A DNA stretch of 64,000 nt. Origin: Takakia lepidozioides (Eukaryota; Plantae; Bryophyta). A model generated the notes under the pieces. It was not told where the DNA came from and searched no databases. It saw nothing but the letters and a program-made list of their open reading frames with translations. A program made the position numbers and the translations under genes. The stretch spans positions 34,968,001-35,032,000 of the forward strand of contig CM060731.1 of assembly GCA_030704615.1 (NCBI GenBank), written 5' to 3'. Below, piece after piece: positions 33,606-47,317 of this stretch (position 1 is its first letter; every line of letters starts with the position of its first letter).

Positions 33606-36600
33606 ATGGGAAGTGGCAGCAGGTCTCGCCATCTATGGGCACGTTTCGCCTGTGCGATTCTCACACGCCCATACGTATCCATTGCTCGGGGGTCCCTGCA
33701 GGATGTTCAAGGTCGGAGCTGGAAAGGATTTCCTCGCATAAATGTAGGCAGTGGAGGGTTCTCACAGAGCAGGGAATTCAGATCCTGCATTGTATGTGGC
33801 CCTCGATTATGCTACGATTTTGATGCAGTGACATTGTCTCGTCGATTCTGTGGATCGGTATGTCAAGGAGAAGCTGGGGAAGGTGGGGATATTAAGAAGA
33901 TTTTGATAGCAAACAGAGGTGAGATTGCTTGCCGGGTGATAAGGAGTGCTCGGAAGCTGGGCGTGCGGACCGTGGCAGTGTATAGCGATGCGGACTGGCA
34001 GGCCAAGCATGTGGAGAGTGCGGATGAAGCGATCTACATCGGGCCTGCTCCTGCAAGTGCCAGCTACTTGAATGCATCTGCAATTATCGCAGCTGCCCTT
34101 TCCACTGGAGCGCAGGCACTTCTCTCTATACACAAATCTCATGTAAGGTAGAGAGAGAGGTATCGGGTGTGACATTGAATTTTTGAGGAAAAAGTGAGTG
34201 TATCGCTTGTGGATGACTAACAACGCTTGTTTGTAATGCAAGCAGGCAATTCACCCAGGCTATGGCTTTTTGTCAGAGAGCGCTCAATTTGCCGAGCTGT
34301 GCAAGCTGCAGGGACTCATTTTTATGGGCCCGCCTTCACCTGCCATTCGGGCTATGGGTGATAAAAGGTGGTCACCCGGACACTGCTTTCCTGCATCCAT
34401 TTCTCAATCTTTTTTCCCATCATATTCCTGCTTCGGCTTGGAGCTTTTCCTCCCCCCATTTTTCTCTATCATCGGGAGAGAAACACTTGCGGGGAAAGAA
34501 TATCTCAGGTGCTTCGTTTAAATGCATAGCTACCCCAATGCTTCGCCAGCACGATGAATTTGTAACTCCTGCTGTGCTTTGCTTAGTTGGGGAATTTGGG
34601 AATGTGGAGCATGCAGTGTGGCCAAGTCTATGATGAGTGCGGCAGGGGTGCCTGTGGTCCCTGGCTATCATGGAGAGAATCAGAGCCGTGACCTATTGCA
34701 AGCTGAGGCAAACCACATTGGCTATCCTGTGCTCATCAAGGCTACCCAAGGTGGTGGTGGAAAGGTCTCCTTCCTTTTAAGTTCACTTCCACTTCCATTC
34801 ATTGGGTATAATCAAGGAGCTTCTATACGTTTTCAGGCTTTCCATGCTGCACCCACCCCTCCTTACTGGATGTCTGTTGTGGGTTTGTAGATTGTTGTTG
34901 AAGAGCATGGTTTTATGGTCAGATACTTGACCAATCATTCTGCGAAGGGGTCAAAGGAAGTTTAGGCCATGAATTTCAGGTTATGTATTAGGTGTATAAT
35001 TCTTTTTCCCAAAGGGCGCTGATGTGCTGACCCTTGTAATAGCAGGGGGCATGAAGATGCAAACCATAAACTCAACTGGTGTATCCAGACAAAAATTTAG
35101 TCTCTACTCATTTTCATCAACCAGTTCTTGAAGGATTGCAGTTCATGTGTCAATTGTGGTTTCAGGGGATGAGAATAGTGCACACTGAATCTGAATTTGA
35201 TGAATGCCTAGCGAGTGCTCAGCGGGAATCCCAGGCTGCATTTGGTGATAGCCGTGTGCTTGTAGAGAAATACGTGTCTCGACCACGCCACATTGAAGTG
35301 CAGGTTGTCTTCCTACTCTGTTCTTTGAGGTCGCTGTTGCAACTAGATGGTCTCTTTCATTACTCTTCTAATGAAGGCCATCTCCCTATTGTGACTTCAA
35401 AGTAAGTCAAGTCATGTGTGCATCATATACCCACTTACAATACAAAGAGGGTCTGAGAGCCAGAAGCAACACGCTCTAGAGAATTTAATCTTCATTTTGT
35501 GTTACAGAATGTCAATGCTGAGCTTGAAGGGAGCAAAGTTGGACTGTGCTGATGGTAGAACAATAGAATGACAGCAGGTGTGGGGATTTGCAGATTTTTG
35601 GAGACAAGCATGGGAATGTGGTGCATTTATATGAGCGTGATTGCAGTGTGCAAAGACGTCATCAAAAGATTATAGAAGAGGCTCCTGCGGTAACCTTTCT
35701 GACCTCTTTCAGACGAATCCTGGTTGGTTCGGTCGAGTGAGTGTCTCATGGTGTTGAGCCTTTGACGCTTCGGTCGACACACTCTCCTGCCCCATGAAGT
35801 GGAGGTTTCCTCTTGTCTGAGCTTCTTTCCACAATTGAAGACTTTGAGCGTACATTTCAAAATGTGATTGTGCCCTTGATCATGCAATGTCCCCTGTCAT
35901 TTCGTCCGTAAATGCAATGAATTTGTTTCCCTTTGCCTAAGGTGCCCAATGTTGTTGACTTGTATGTTCTGCACCCTGGCCCAGGCCTGTAGTCCCACAA
36001 GCAGTCGTGATTTACTTGGCCTTGTCCAATTGTTCAGCCACATATTACATCCGAGTTTCGCCAACGCATAGGACAGGCAGCTGTCAATGCAGCCAAGGTT
36101 CTAATAATCTAATCCTTTTTCTGTTGCTTTCTTTTGCTTGCTGTTGTGGCAATTTTCTGTATATCAGCTCTTTGAAATTGAAGATGGTACTGAAATTATT
36201 GCAGTTTCTTATCAGACTGTCTGAGAATGCCCAAAATGTGATGATTCTAGCGGTTGAGAAGCTTCTTTAGGTCTCTTATACAGTCTCCTGCCTGGGGTTG
36301 TTTTTCGGAAAAGGCAGTAGGGTATGAGAGTGCAGGCACCGTTGAGTTCATAGTGGACACCGTCTCTGGTGACTTCTACTTCATGGAGATGAATACACGC
36401 CTTCAGGTTTATCAGACTTCCTTGTCCTTCTCTGGATCCCTTTCAGTGATGAGAGACTACACTTGCTGCTGTGTCTTGCATTGCCCCCATATTTTTGTCT
36501 CCCTTGCTCTCTTTTCCCCAAATTAATTTCAGAATAAGTTTATCCCTGCAGCTAAGTTGCAGGGATAAGCCAAACCCTGGTGGGTGTAAACCCCAAGAAA

Positions 36601-39600
36601 GGCTCTGGGAGGGTTGTTTTCCCATGGGGTCGATGGCTGTAAGGCTATGGCAAGCCAATGTTCGCAGGGAACTGTACGAGTCCCAACACACAAAGCAACT
36701 GTCATAATTGTGATGGATTCCTAATGCCCTACTCACAAAGCACTTGTAAACTGCTATCAGGCCATGTGGAGGATGTTTTCCAGTGGTTACACACTAGTCA
36801 CCCAGCTTGGATGTCATGGTGTTACAAGATGGATGTCAGTAAACTGAAGTCTTGATGTCAGATCTTATAGATTCTTTCTTACCTAGAATTCAGCAGCTCC
36901 TTAAGATTTGGCTGTTTTTGGATTGTAGGTGGAGCACCCTGTGACAGAGATGGTGACAGGGCAGGATCTAGTTGAATGGCAGATTCGTATTGCGAATGGG
37001 GAGATGCTCCCTGTTGACCAAGGCCAGCTTAATCTGTTGGGTAGGTCATTCACCATTGAAACTTGCTATGCTATGAAACCAGGTCAGGAACTTGGCAAGC
37101 CATTGGTCAGGAGAAGAGTTTGGTCTATCGTGACTGAGACCTGCTACTGGCATGTGATTGGCGGTTTTTCTTTTATCTACATCTTTGCTCATACATTGAC
37201 ATTGTTTTGTCATCAGGGCATTCTTTTGAGGCACGCATCTATGCAGAGAATGTACCAAAAGGATTTCTACCTGCTACAGGGCAGCTGCATCATTATCGGC
37301 CTCCCCTTGGTTCCTCCACAGGTACTCTATATCAAGCAACTTGGAGTGTCCTCCATTTTTCTCAGAACATATCAATTAATCTACCAGATCGAAGGTCAAG
37401 GGCTTCAGGTGAAAGTGACACTGTTGACTAGATAGTAGCAACTTTTGTCTCCAATACAGTGGTACACAACCCGTGTCTGATCTGGTGGGTTTCTGTTGCT
37501 TCTCTGTCTGCATGTGGCATATGTATTTTTTTGGCCCTTCGAAGTTGATGAGCATAGTGGGTGTACCACTGCTGGCATTGTACTTATGATTATTGTGGAC
37601 AAACTTGAATAACTTGCAGCATACCTCAGTCTTGTCAGCTAGTTGGAAACTGACTTATTGTATCCAAATGCAGTGAGGGTGGAAACAGGGGTTGGTGAGG
37701 GAGACAGGGTGAGTGTTTTCTATGATCCCATGATTGCCAAGTTGGTGGTATGGGGCTCAAATCGGTCAGCAGCATTGACCAAGCTGCATGACTGCCTTTC
37801 CCAATTCCAGGTATGTTAACCCCAATTGTTGTACATGACTGCTTTGTGAATTGGTTCTACTCATTTATGGATACTTTCAGCGATCAAAGTATGGCAAGTT
37901 TCGGATTGGGTATGTATGGTGAGGCCCTGAAGAGGGTTGTGAGTGAGCTAGCCCAAAGATGGTCTTCGATTTGTGCAAAACAAGACCTGACAGAATCTTC
38001 GTGGACCAGGTTGCTGGTGTTCCCACCAACATAGGTTTCCTCAAGATGCTTGCCAGTCATCAGGCTTTTGCAGCAGGAGATGTGGACACCCACTTCATAG
38101 AGCGTTTCAAGGCAGATCTTCTTCCATTTGCTACCTCCCCTCCACGTGAGTCCATTACTGCAGGCATTCCAGAGCAGACTGTGCCACCAGAGACCAGATC
38201 TGGTGCAGCGTTAGCTGCTGCTGCGATCAGCATCAAGAAGTCCTGGACCCTTCTAGGACTTACCCATGGTATACTTAACTTGCTGAATCCCGCTGATACT
38301 TTCCTCTAACTGTAGCTCAGATCTTCTCAGTACTTTTTTGGCTACCTTTACTTGTACGTAGGGAGATTTCTTGATCCTTATAAGGATATTATACTACACA
38401 TTCCTTAAAGCGGCAGGTGGCCACCATAGCATGCAAGGGCTTTGATAATCTGGTTACTTGCACCACATTGGAGTGCCTATTTTTCTTCTGAGGCATGATG
38501 GAGAAGATCTACTGAACTGTGCAAGGTGTGGGTTTTTGTCAGTGCAGAAAGGCAGGGAGATAGTGGGGTGGGGTCCCTTTGGAACACTATGTCAGGCTTT
38601 CGAATGAACCATGGCTACTCACGCATGCTACAATTGGACTGGAAACCCGAAGCCGGTGACGTGCCTGCTCTGCCAATTGTCATTAAGATCACTCATGGCA
38701 ATGCTGGTGAATATGTTGTAGAGGTATTATCTTTACCCTCTTTCCTGAAAAGGTTGTAATCACGTAATCACCACTATGGGCATCACCAATGCCACTATTC
38801 CATAGTGATGCAATAGTGAATAGTGGTATGAACAAGGCACTATTGTCATATGGACTTGGTTGGTCCAGTAGAACGTGTCATGCCTGTCTTAGGCACCATA
38901 TGCAAATGCATGTTTCCAAGCTCCAAACTTTGACAGTGTGCAATCACAACATATAATGAGATAGCTATAAATTATGAATTAAGTGCCACGGAGAGGGCAC
39001 TGTCTGGAGGGACGACAGCTGCATCGAGACGCAGGAGCACCGAGCTGCAGCTCAAGCCCACTCCAGCCAGTATTTTCCCAACCTGTGGCAATTACCTTAC
39101 TTCATTTATGAGGACAAGAATCTACTCTATAACACGTGTGTGGAGCCCGCCGTCAAATGCTCCTCAGATTTTGCACCTGCATAGGTCACTGTCAGATTTT
39201 CTTACTTTATCTGACAGCTGCTGGCTCATCCATGAAGGCAGCTTTCTCATTATGAAGGTGCTGTATTCATCCACAAAGACGTGCACCATGGAATCTAATT
39301 TGGAGAATGAAACAAGATAACCATCCAGAAGAGGCAGATTTGAGCTCTCATAAATGAGTCAATTAGCAAGATTGTGTTTTCAGCATAGATTCAGAGGACT
39401 GGCTGGTCATATTCCAAGCTGATGTGTGAGTGTGAAAATACCTCACAAAGGCCATAATGAAACCCTTGCAAATTTTAGTAAGGTGGAGGCACACTCAGAC
39501 TGCACAACTAGAGGAGGAATAATGAATTGTATTATTTATTTCTCACTGATAAGCCTTGCCGCCCAAGCATGAGGGTATGGCTCTTTTCATAGTGCCCAAT

Positions 39601-41137
39601 AGTTGGTGAGTTGCAGGGGGACATGCTGAGGAGGGTCACTATCAGTGGGAAAGAGCTGCTGGATGACTGTCATAATCTCAGACTGAATGTGGAAACCAGG
39701 TCTGCTACTGTGAGCCTTGCTCACTACCTTCAGGTACTCATTTGTACCTCTCTATCACAGTTTACTTAGAGATTGCAGTGCTTACCAAGCTTCTTAGTTG
39801 ACAGGTTTTCCTAAACTTGAAAGTAGCCAAGAGGCCACCTGACCTCTTGACTTCTGTGGCCCTGATGATGATCTGAAACAGGGAGATGTCCGCCATGTAC
39901 ATCTGTGGGAAGGAGACCGGCATCACCAGTTTACCGTTCCAGTACCGCATTTTGAGATCGAGGAATTGTATGACGAGCAAATGTCATCCCAAGGGCAACA
40001 CAACAAAACCAATTCCCAGGGAGCTGGGGCTGTCGTCGCGCCTATGGCTGGTCGTGTTGTGAAGTTGTTTGCAGGGAATGGGGCGATTGTGAGAAAAGGG
40101 GAAGCTATTCTGGTCTTGGAAGCCATGAAAATGGAGGTATGTCTGTTGGACTTCGATACTCTTTGGTCAGCAGATACGTAGCCGTCTATGAACAAAGTGA
40201 GGCTCTCATTGGTTCCCTTACATGGTCCCTTTGTGTGTCCCATCACCACAGGTTAGATATCTGTCACCATCATGTTACCAGTGTCAAAACAAAATCTAGC
40301 TTAAGTGCATGCTACCATTGGTTCAGTTCAGAAAGAGATCCAGATTGACACTCGGAGAGGTTGCCTGAGGTAAGGTTAAGGCAAGTTCCATCAACGAAAC
40401 TGTTTACGAGGCAGCAAATGTAAGGGAAAGCGAGTGATATCAGGTTTCTTGTAGGGTTGGATTGCAATTCTTGTTTTGAGTCAATCAGGTCGAAAGGATC
40501 TAGGACGATTGGGACTTGTGGATTGACAGTTATGGGTGACTCGTGTGAACAGCATGTTGTGAGAGCCCCAATCGAGGGAGTTGTCCATTGCGCCAAGGTA
40601 GAGGTGGGGCAACAGGTCTCTGACAACACCCTTCTTTGCCGCATCCAGGTGTGTTACTGTATCTTCTGGCAAAGGCCATCTCTTAATTTGTGGATGGTCA
40701 CATGTTTCGCTGGTTCCACTGCTTTTCTTGCTATGGATATGTTTTGAAAGGAGAAGACAAACTGAGTGTACCAGGCTTTAGCAAGGCTATCCTAAGGTGA
40801 TACTGACAATAAGCAGAGAGTGATATAGCGCGTCATCCATTAGTAATCTGGTAACTAAATGTGATTGTTATTGTATGACATGTAAAACCTGCTTGCTGTG
40901 GTAGAATTTCTGTCCCCCTGGTCAAATCCAAACAGCAGAGTATGACACATCACTAACTTGATTCTGGATTTAGATTCCAAGTTAAAAGAGTCAAGACCTG
41001 ATGAAAATTTCCAAAAGCACTCCATAATCCAGCAGATTTGGTGTTATGCGAAAAATTACGGGGAGACCTACGTACCGAAGGGACCTGACAGGAATGTTAA
41101 TAACTTATTACTGGGGCGGCAGTTGCAGGAGGTGTGA
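33606..41137 (+). CDS. MCCA: 3-methylcrotonyl-CoA carboxylase alpha (biotin-containing) subunit, mitochondrial; multi-exon
   Basis: [84 protein letters not shown] and the biotinylation motif EAMKME. The tiny terminal exon (41129-41137) is inferred. Confidence 0.93.
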
Positions 41138-41949
41138 GCAGCATCAGCAGCTGAGACATGTACATGAGCTTCATCCGGCAGCAGGCAGGAGCAGATTTGG
41201 CTGTGCTGAGAAGTCTTCAGCATTTGTAGACATGCATGATGCTATCTTCAGACCATTCTTGCATCCAGGGACATGCACTTCGAACTCCCAGTTGTATATA
41301 TAAACAGTGAGGATATGTGGGCTGTGGACAAGTCAGTCAGTAGTGATTGCCGAGAACTCTCCAGGAAGCTTGAAATTGATCTTGAGGAAGACACTCATGC
41401 TACCTTCTATGTCACTGAAATTCTGTCCTGTGAATAATTGCACAAGCAAAACAAATTTAAGACATTTTCCTCATGGATGATTGCACCTTCAATGCTGAAT
41501 GGAGGCCAAATGGATAATTTTCCCTGGTCAGATTTATTCATCCGTGAAATCGTCTGGTCATCGGTGACCTCGTCGATCCTCGTCGATCCAAGATCTGCGC
41601 CACAATAGGTCCAGGATCTGCGTCAAAATAATAGCGACAATTAAGTACCGTCGATCGATCGCTTGTTGATGGCTGACGTCGCATATTCCATGGATTCTTC
41701 AGCTCCAGGATCCTCTCGAGGCGTGGTCTTCTCTCGACCCTCGAGGACTCCGTAGTCTTCTCTCGACTCCCGAGGACTCCAGGATCCTGCAGCTCGACTC
41801 TCGAGGCGTGGTCTTCTCTCGCGAAGCTCTGCAATGACAAGTTTAAAAGGAAGGTTAGGTCACTTGCTTATTCCAGTTCTATTCTCCACGACGAGAGACA
41901 CCCAGCACAGCCCTTCTGCGCTCTCGCCAATCTGCTGCAGCCTTCGGTC

Positions 41950-42189
41950 ATGTCGATGTCGGAAGACCACCTCCTGGAACACCACTTCGTGGGGACAGAT
42001 GCAGAAGTTTTCTATCAAAGCTACTACTTCGGAGAAATGCAGGAACCTTTAGCAAGCACTACAGACATCCTCCCCCAAGAACAGCTGAGCATGTCAATGA
42101 GCTTCGATGGGCCAACACTGCCAGGGCTGTTTGCGGATGTAGAGGTGGGCGAAGGCGTGGGACCTCTACGAAGAATTGCAGAAGAGTGA
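41950..42189 (+). CDS. Putative 79-aa acidic orphan protein
   Basis: ATG 9 nt after an acceptor-like ctgctgcag, with a donor-like gaag|gttagg upstream. No recognisable domain. Confidence 0.25.
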   Translation: MSMSEDHLLEHHFVGTDAEVFYQSYYFGEMQEPLASTTDILPQEQLSMSMSFDGPTLPGLFADVEVGEGVGPLRRIAEE

Positions 42190-43019
42190 GGAATCTGCAC
42201 CACCTGTGCCATGTCTGCAATTGATGTAAGACTAATACTGTGGCCTGTGCATTCCAGCCCTAATCATGATGTGATGTGAAGACTAATTATTCCTTTAAGG
42301 CTATAATGCATTTGATCTAAAGGTTTTGTTGTTTCTGATCAAATGGTAATGTGTGTGTTGGAGGAATATAATTTAGTCTTTAGAAAAACCTAGAATGTTC
42401 GTCAGTACATTTGAATCTAGTTCATCTCCTTTAGTGTGTAGACCAGCCTCATCAGTTTGCTGTTGAAATTCTGTAGAGAAGCCCGCAGCCAGACAGAGAA
42501 ATAATCTTGATTATACAAAGCTGCAGCTCATATCTCGATAGATGGAGAGAGAGAGCTCTAGAGGGCTTTTTCAACAGTACACTCATCACAATTGAGGCAA
42601 AAAATCATTTATTCTGAATAGTTCTTGGGTACAGCTTTGAGCGGGGTGAAGTCCCCTGATCCAGCTTAATCATTTAAGTTGATCTGGACAAGATCATACA
42701 TAATTACTACGTCAAGAAACTAGATTTTCTCCGCAACTACGACTGCTCTGATTAACTGACTTCATCAATTAAGTAACAGTTGGATTAATGGGAACCAAGC
42801 ATGGCCGAATCTCTAGGGATCAGCTCCTTGTATGTCTGCAATGCAGAAGTACAGAACATGGCATGAGGAGTCACTGTTCCACCCCTACAGAGCGTATCGA
42901 TCTAGAAGTTAGGCGGGATCAGCTTCCCGGTTATTCATGAGTATGTACAGTCTACCAAGGGAACTTGGGAAACAAGTACTTTCCCCTTGTGGGAAGTGTT
43001 CAAAAGCCCCTTGTAGCTT

Positions 43020-43520
43020 TCAAGAGCCATACTTTGAAGAAACCCCCTGACAGTTCTCATGAGCAACAGGTGCAACAGGCCGAACCCACTTTTCCCCCTT
43101 CCAGCACTGCCGAGTCCGAATGTCCGGACCCTTGACTTCGAGCTCTACTCGTGAAATCTGCAACAAGATTTTGTATGTATCCTTCATCAAGTCATGGGAG
43201 ACTACCATGCCCTCCCACCACCCATCGTTCGTAAAGACATCGACCTGGCTCCCAGCCTCCCACTTGAACTCGAAGGCACACGGTGGTGGCGGTCGAATGT
43301 CAAAGCCGTCCACCTCTTCTTCCAACCGGATCTTTGATTCCGTGTCTCTTTTTAGTCTTTCATACCGTATCATGCACTTATTTACATCCTTGTGATACAT
43401 AAGCACCCTTGCCTCGAACCAAGCGCCCTCAAAGCCATCCTTATTCGACCTTACTTCCACACAAGCACCATTGATCAACTTCATACCATTGTAAGTCTGA
43501 TCCACACCCCTATTGCTCAT
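43020..43520 (-). CDS. Stand-alone tandem Agenet (plant Tudor-like) domain protein
   Basis: VEVRSNKDGFEGAWFEARV..IRPPPP..VDVFTNDGWWEG..IRTRQCWKGEKW; own TATA (tatata ~43740-43746). Confidence 0.85.
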   Translation of the reverse strand: MSNRGVDQTYNGMKLINGACVEVRSNKDGFEGAWFEARVLMYHKDVNKCMIRYERLKRDTESKIRLEEEVDGFDIRPPPPCAFEFKWEAGSQVDVFTNDGWWEGMVVSHDLMKDTYKILLQISRVELEVKGPDIRTRQCWKGEKWVRPVAPVAHENCQGVSSKYGS

Positions 43521-45974
43521 GATCTCTGCTGGAGCCGATCCGAATGAAAACGCAAAATAGAAATGAAACGAAATGGAACTTTATAACGTTCGATCCGCAG
43601 CAAGCTCAAAGAGCTTGTGGGACAAACTCGGGACAAAAGGAAAGCAAGAAACAAGAGCAGAATCGATGCAAAACGATACAAAAGACTGTGAACCTGGGCA
43701 GAGCCGAGCACTTGAGCAGACGAGCCGACTACTCTTACATATATACCCGGGCCCCTCCTTCCTACAGAGCGTTTTTTAAATTGTCGAATGGTTTCTCGAG
43801 ATTTGTACAGATTCTTTCGGGACCAATTTCTGAATATCTCTGATTCAAAGAACTTTTGAAATAAGTAAATCTGAGAATCGCAACTAAATAAATAAAATGA
43901 GATTGAAAACTGACTCACCGGGTTTACTCAGGGGGAACTTGTGAAGATGTTGATGCTATGGGGTTTCGGACACAGTGGTCTACTGCGGAAATGGAGAAGA
44001 GTTGAAGAGTTCAAGTTGAGTGGAGAAGTGTTGAATTCATGGAGAAGAGTTTTTCGAAAATCCTTCACAAAGTTGGGACACCCACAATTGCAAAATCGAT
44101 GGCCTGAGGTGGTTTTCCTCACAGACCAATTCGAGACACCTGCAGACTACAGACAGAGTTCCTTTTGGGTTGATGGTTGGTTGAATCCTCCATGGTTGAA
44201 AGCTGCTTTCATGGTCACCACAAGGACGATGTGGTGCCGCTTTTTCTTCTACACATTTGATCCTGCTTTGCCCTCTTGGAAAAAGCTTGGGATAACACTA
44301 GTTCCTCCCTTCAAATGTATGATCAAAAGTGGATCAGCTCATCTCATCGGGAGAAAACACCAGGTTTTCTTCTCTGTTACTTTTCCCTATTGTTGAGGTG
44401 GTAGAGGAAATCTCTGGTTGCAGGAGTGTCGTTTTGGGTGTAGATTTCAGATCTTTTGAATTTTATTCATGAATACTCACAAATCTCGCCGAGCACCTCA
44501 GCTATTATTTGCTGGAGCTGGTGCCGGACTCAGTGTTGGACTGGTACTGGTATCGGCTGGCAGCCTGGGCACACAGTGGTGACCGCAGCCATGAATGAAC
44601 TAACCAAATAGCTGCAGCAAGCGAGCAGAGGTGCTGGATTCTCCATATCTGTACTTGCAGCCTCAAAGTCTGCACTAATCGCTGCCAGGCACAACACCTT
44701 AACTGGAAGAGCACTTGCTCAAAATCATATCAGACCAAAACACTAATACATGTGTGAGGAGAATTTGAAGTCGAGAGAAAGTGTGGAGCTGCTTAGAACG
44801 TTAAAACAGCTCTCGAGAGCCACATTTGAGAGAGGCTCAAAGAACTACATCTACCTGCTGGCATAATTTGTTTCTGTGAGAAAACTGCATACAATCTGTG
44901 CCAACTCATGGGCACTGGGTGAGAATATCTTAAACACGCGGGCAGCACGACGGGGCAGTGTAGGTGTGTGGAAGGTGGCCTGTTCTCGGCATCGATCATG
45001 GGATATACCGGAGTACACTGGTCATACGATAGTTCCAAATTCAAGAAAGTTAAGTTGCTTTGATATACTCACGTAACCATTAGGCGCCAGCAATATCCGG
45101 AGGCTCATCCTCCACATCGGGCATTACATAGAACTCATTGCATGCTCATTGCATGAGATCCGTGCTGCCTGTGCCTGTGATGGATCCATGTAGACTTGAT
45201 GCCCTGGTGTAGCGCGTGCATGACAAGATGCTGGACTTTAGGCCTGTTTTGCTGATTGTCACCTTGCTGAGATGCTGCTGGGGATTTGAGCCGTTGTCGC
45301 CTCAAAGAATCTGTATTTGTACCTGTGATTGAAGTAAAATTAACGAGTCGGAACTACAGATAGAGGAGCCGCGCCGGAGATACATGTGGTTACTAATCCT
45401 GGAAAAAAATGAGCAACAAATCCAAGCTCAGGCTTATAGCTCTTCTGGTGGTTAGTTGAATATGGTAGTGACATTCATCCTCACTTTTCACAAATAGGCC
45501 TTAATGGATGGGAAGAGCAAGTCTAGATATATGTCACGGACCGTGGCGTTGCACTGAAATGCAACGAAAAGAGCCTGTTGTGTATCATAAGAAAAGGCAA
45601 TCTGGTCCGCACCAAAAAAGTAGTTGCCAGAGAACAGGGTCATGACTCATGGAATCGCCCCAAACATGAGAATGGGTCTGTTCTCCTCCGTTCTTTTCCG
45701 TGTAACTAAATTACATCTCATAATAAGAACACCAGTAAGATACGGTCGTCAGTTCTTTGCCTCTTATCATAGCTCTGATACTTGCGTTAAAGCTTAGATC
45801 AAACGCATATCTCCCTAGCCTATTGCAGTGAACCTGTCGGCCAGGTGCAAGAACTATCAATTTAGACCTGCACCTGCAAATTCCTCACCACGAACGATGA
45901 CCCCAGGAGACCTGTTCTGGACAGTGTGTGATGCATATGCTCAATGGCTTCCTTCAATGCCTCCAACTCACTCT

Positions 45975-46585
45975 TGCAAAATCTCACCTCTGTTTGCTAT
46001 CAAAATCTTCTGAATACCCCCACCTTCCCCAACTTCTCCTTGACAAAAAGATCCACAGAATCGACGAGACAATATTGTAACTGCACCAAACTGTAGCATA
46101 ATCGAGGGGCACATACAATGCAGGACCTGAAATCCCTGCTCTGTGAGAACCCTCTACCTACAATTATGCGAGGAAATCCTTTCAGCTTCCACCTTGAACA
46201 TCCTGCAGGGACTCCTGAGTAACGGATACGTATGGGCGTGTGAGAATAGCACAGGCGAGACGTGACCATAGATTGCGAGACTTGCTGCCACTTCCCATAC
46301 CCAAATTTCCCAACTTCTCCACTTCAAAAATCTTCACGTGCTTGGTCCCTCAACCCCTCCCAATCCCACAAACACTTGAATTAATGAGGTTCTTGCTCGA
46401 GATCCACCCTTGCGAAAATCATCACTTTGTCGCCTCACTGCAGGGATCCCCCTCTCTCAGTTCCTGCTGATCTCCACACTCACATTCCTGCATAGATCTA
46501 GCCGTTCTTATGATAATGGACGGCGATAGTACGACTCAAATACAAATCTCACTGCCAAAAAACTTGTATGATAGATATAGTCTAC
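45975..46585 (-). pseudogene. Inverted copy of MCCA promoter, 5' UTR and start of exon 1
   Basis: Reverse complement matches ~33270-33930 and reads [38 protein letters not shown] then stop. Confidence 0.9.
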
Positions 46586-47317
46586 CTTGGCACCTTAAGA
46601 AAAAAGCAAGTCATCTAAATACACACAGTGCTATATAAACATTGGAATCAAGTTAAACAATTTATTTATTTAACAATATCGATCGAGTCGTTTCCTCTGA
46701 AGCGATTGTTGTCGCTTGCTGAATCAGTCGGCCTTTCAATGTAATTGCAGTGGGCCTCCTGCTCCATCCAAAACAGGTTGTGGCATCCATCTACAAGCAA
46801 GCAACGTCGTGCACTGAGTATGTCTTCCTGGAGGTTGGTACCAGCCGCGGCAGTCCTGATCAATCTGGACAAAGGGACGCCATGTTTAGCTAGTAGTCCT
46901 CATCAGTCGCCTATCATGCATTTTATGGTAAATGTGAAATCTAGTTGCATTCTTTACAAATTAAATGTAGTTCTGCTATGTAATTCATGAGCACTGGAGA
47001 AGAACATCATGTCAATTAGCTCTAGCGTTTATTTTGGATCTCTTGGGGACCAGAACACACCGACTGGAGCTGGTATACATATATTTATGCTACTTGCAGC
47101 AATAGTAAATATGGGCTGAACAAAGATGATCCCAGAAAGATGAGCGTAACATTATCATAAAATGAGTTCTCCCGAGGAGCTATTCAATCTCGAACCCATT
47201 TCAAGCCAAGCCAGGTGATCTATGTAACGCGGAGACTTGATCAAACGTTAGTGCTAAGCAGAATGTAATATGGAGAAATATCAAGCAGAGAATTGTCTAG
47301 ATGTACTAAGTACCTGA

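Noticed and set aside
43941-44396. 151-aa ORF with a weak F-box-associated flavour (FYTFDPALPSWKKL)
   Set aside because: A single short motif is insufficient to call.
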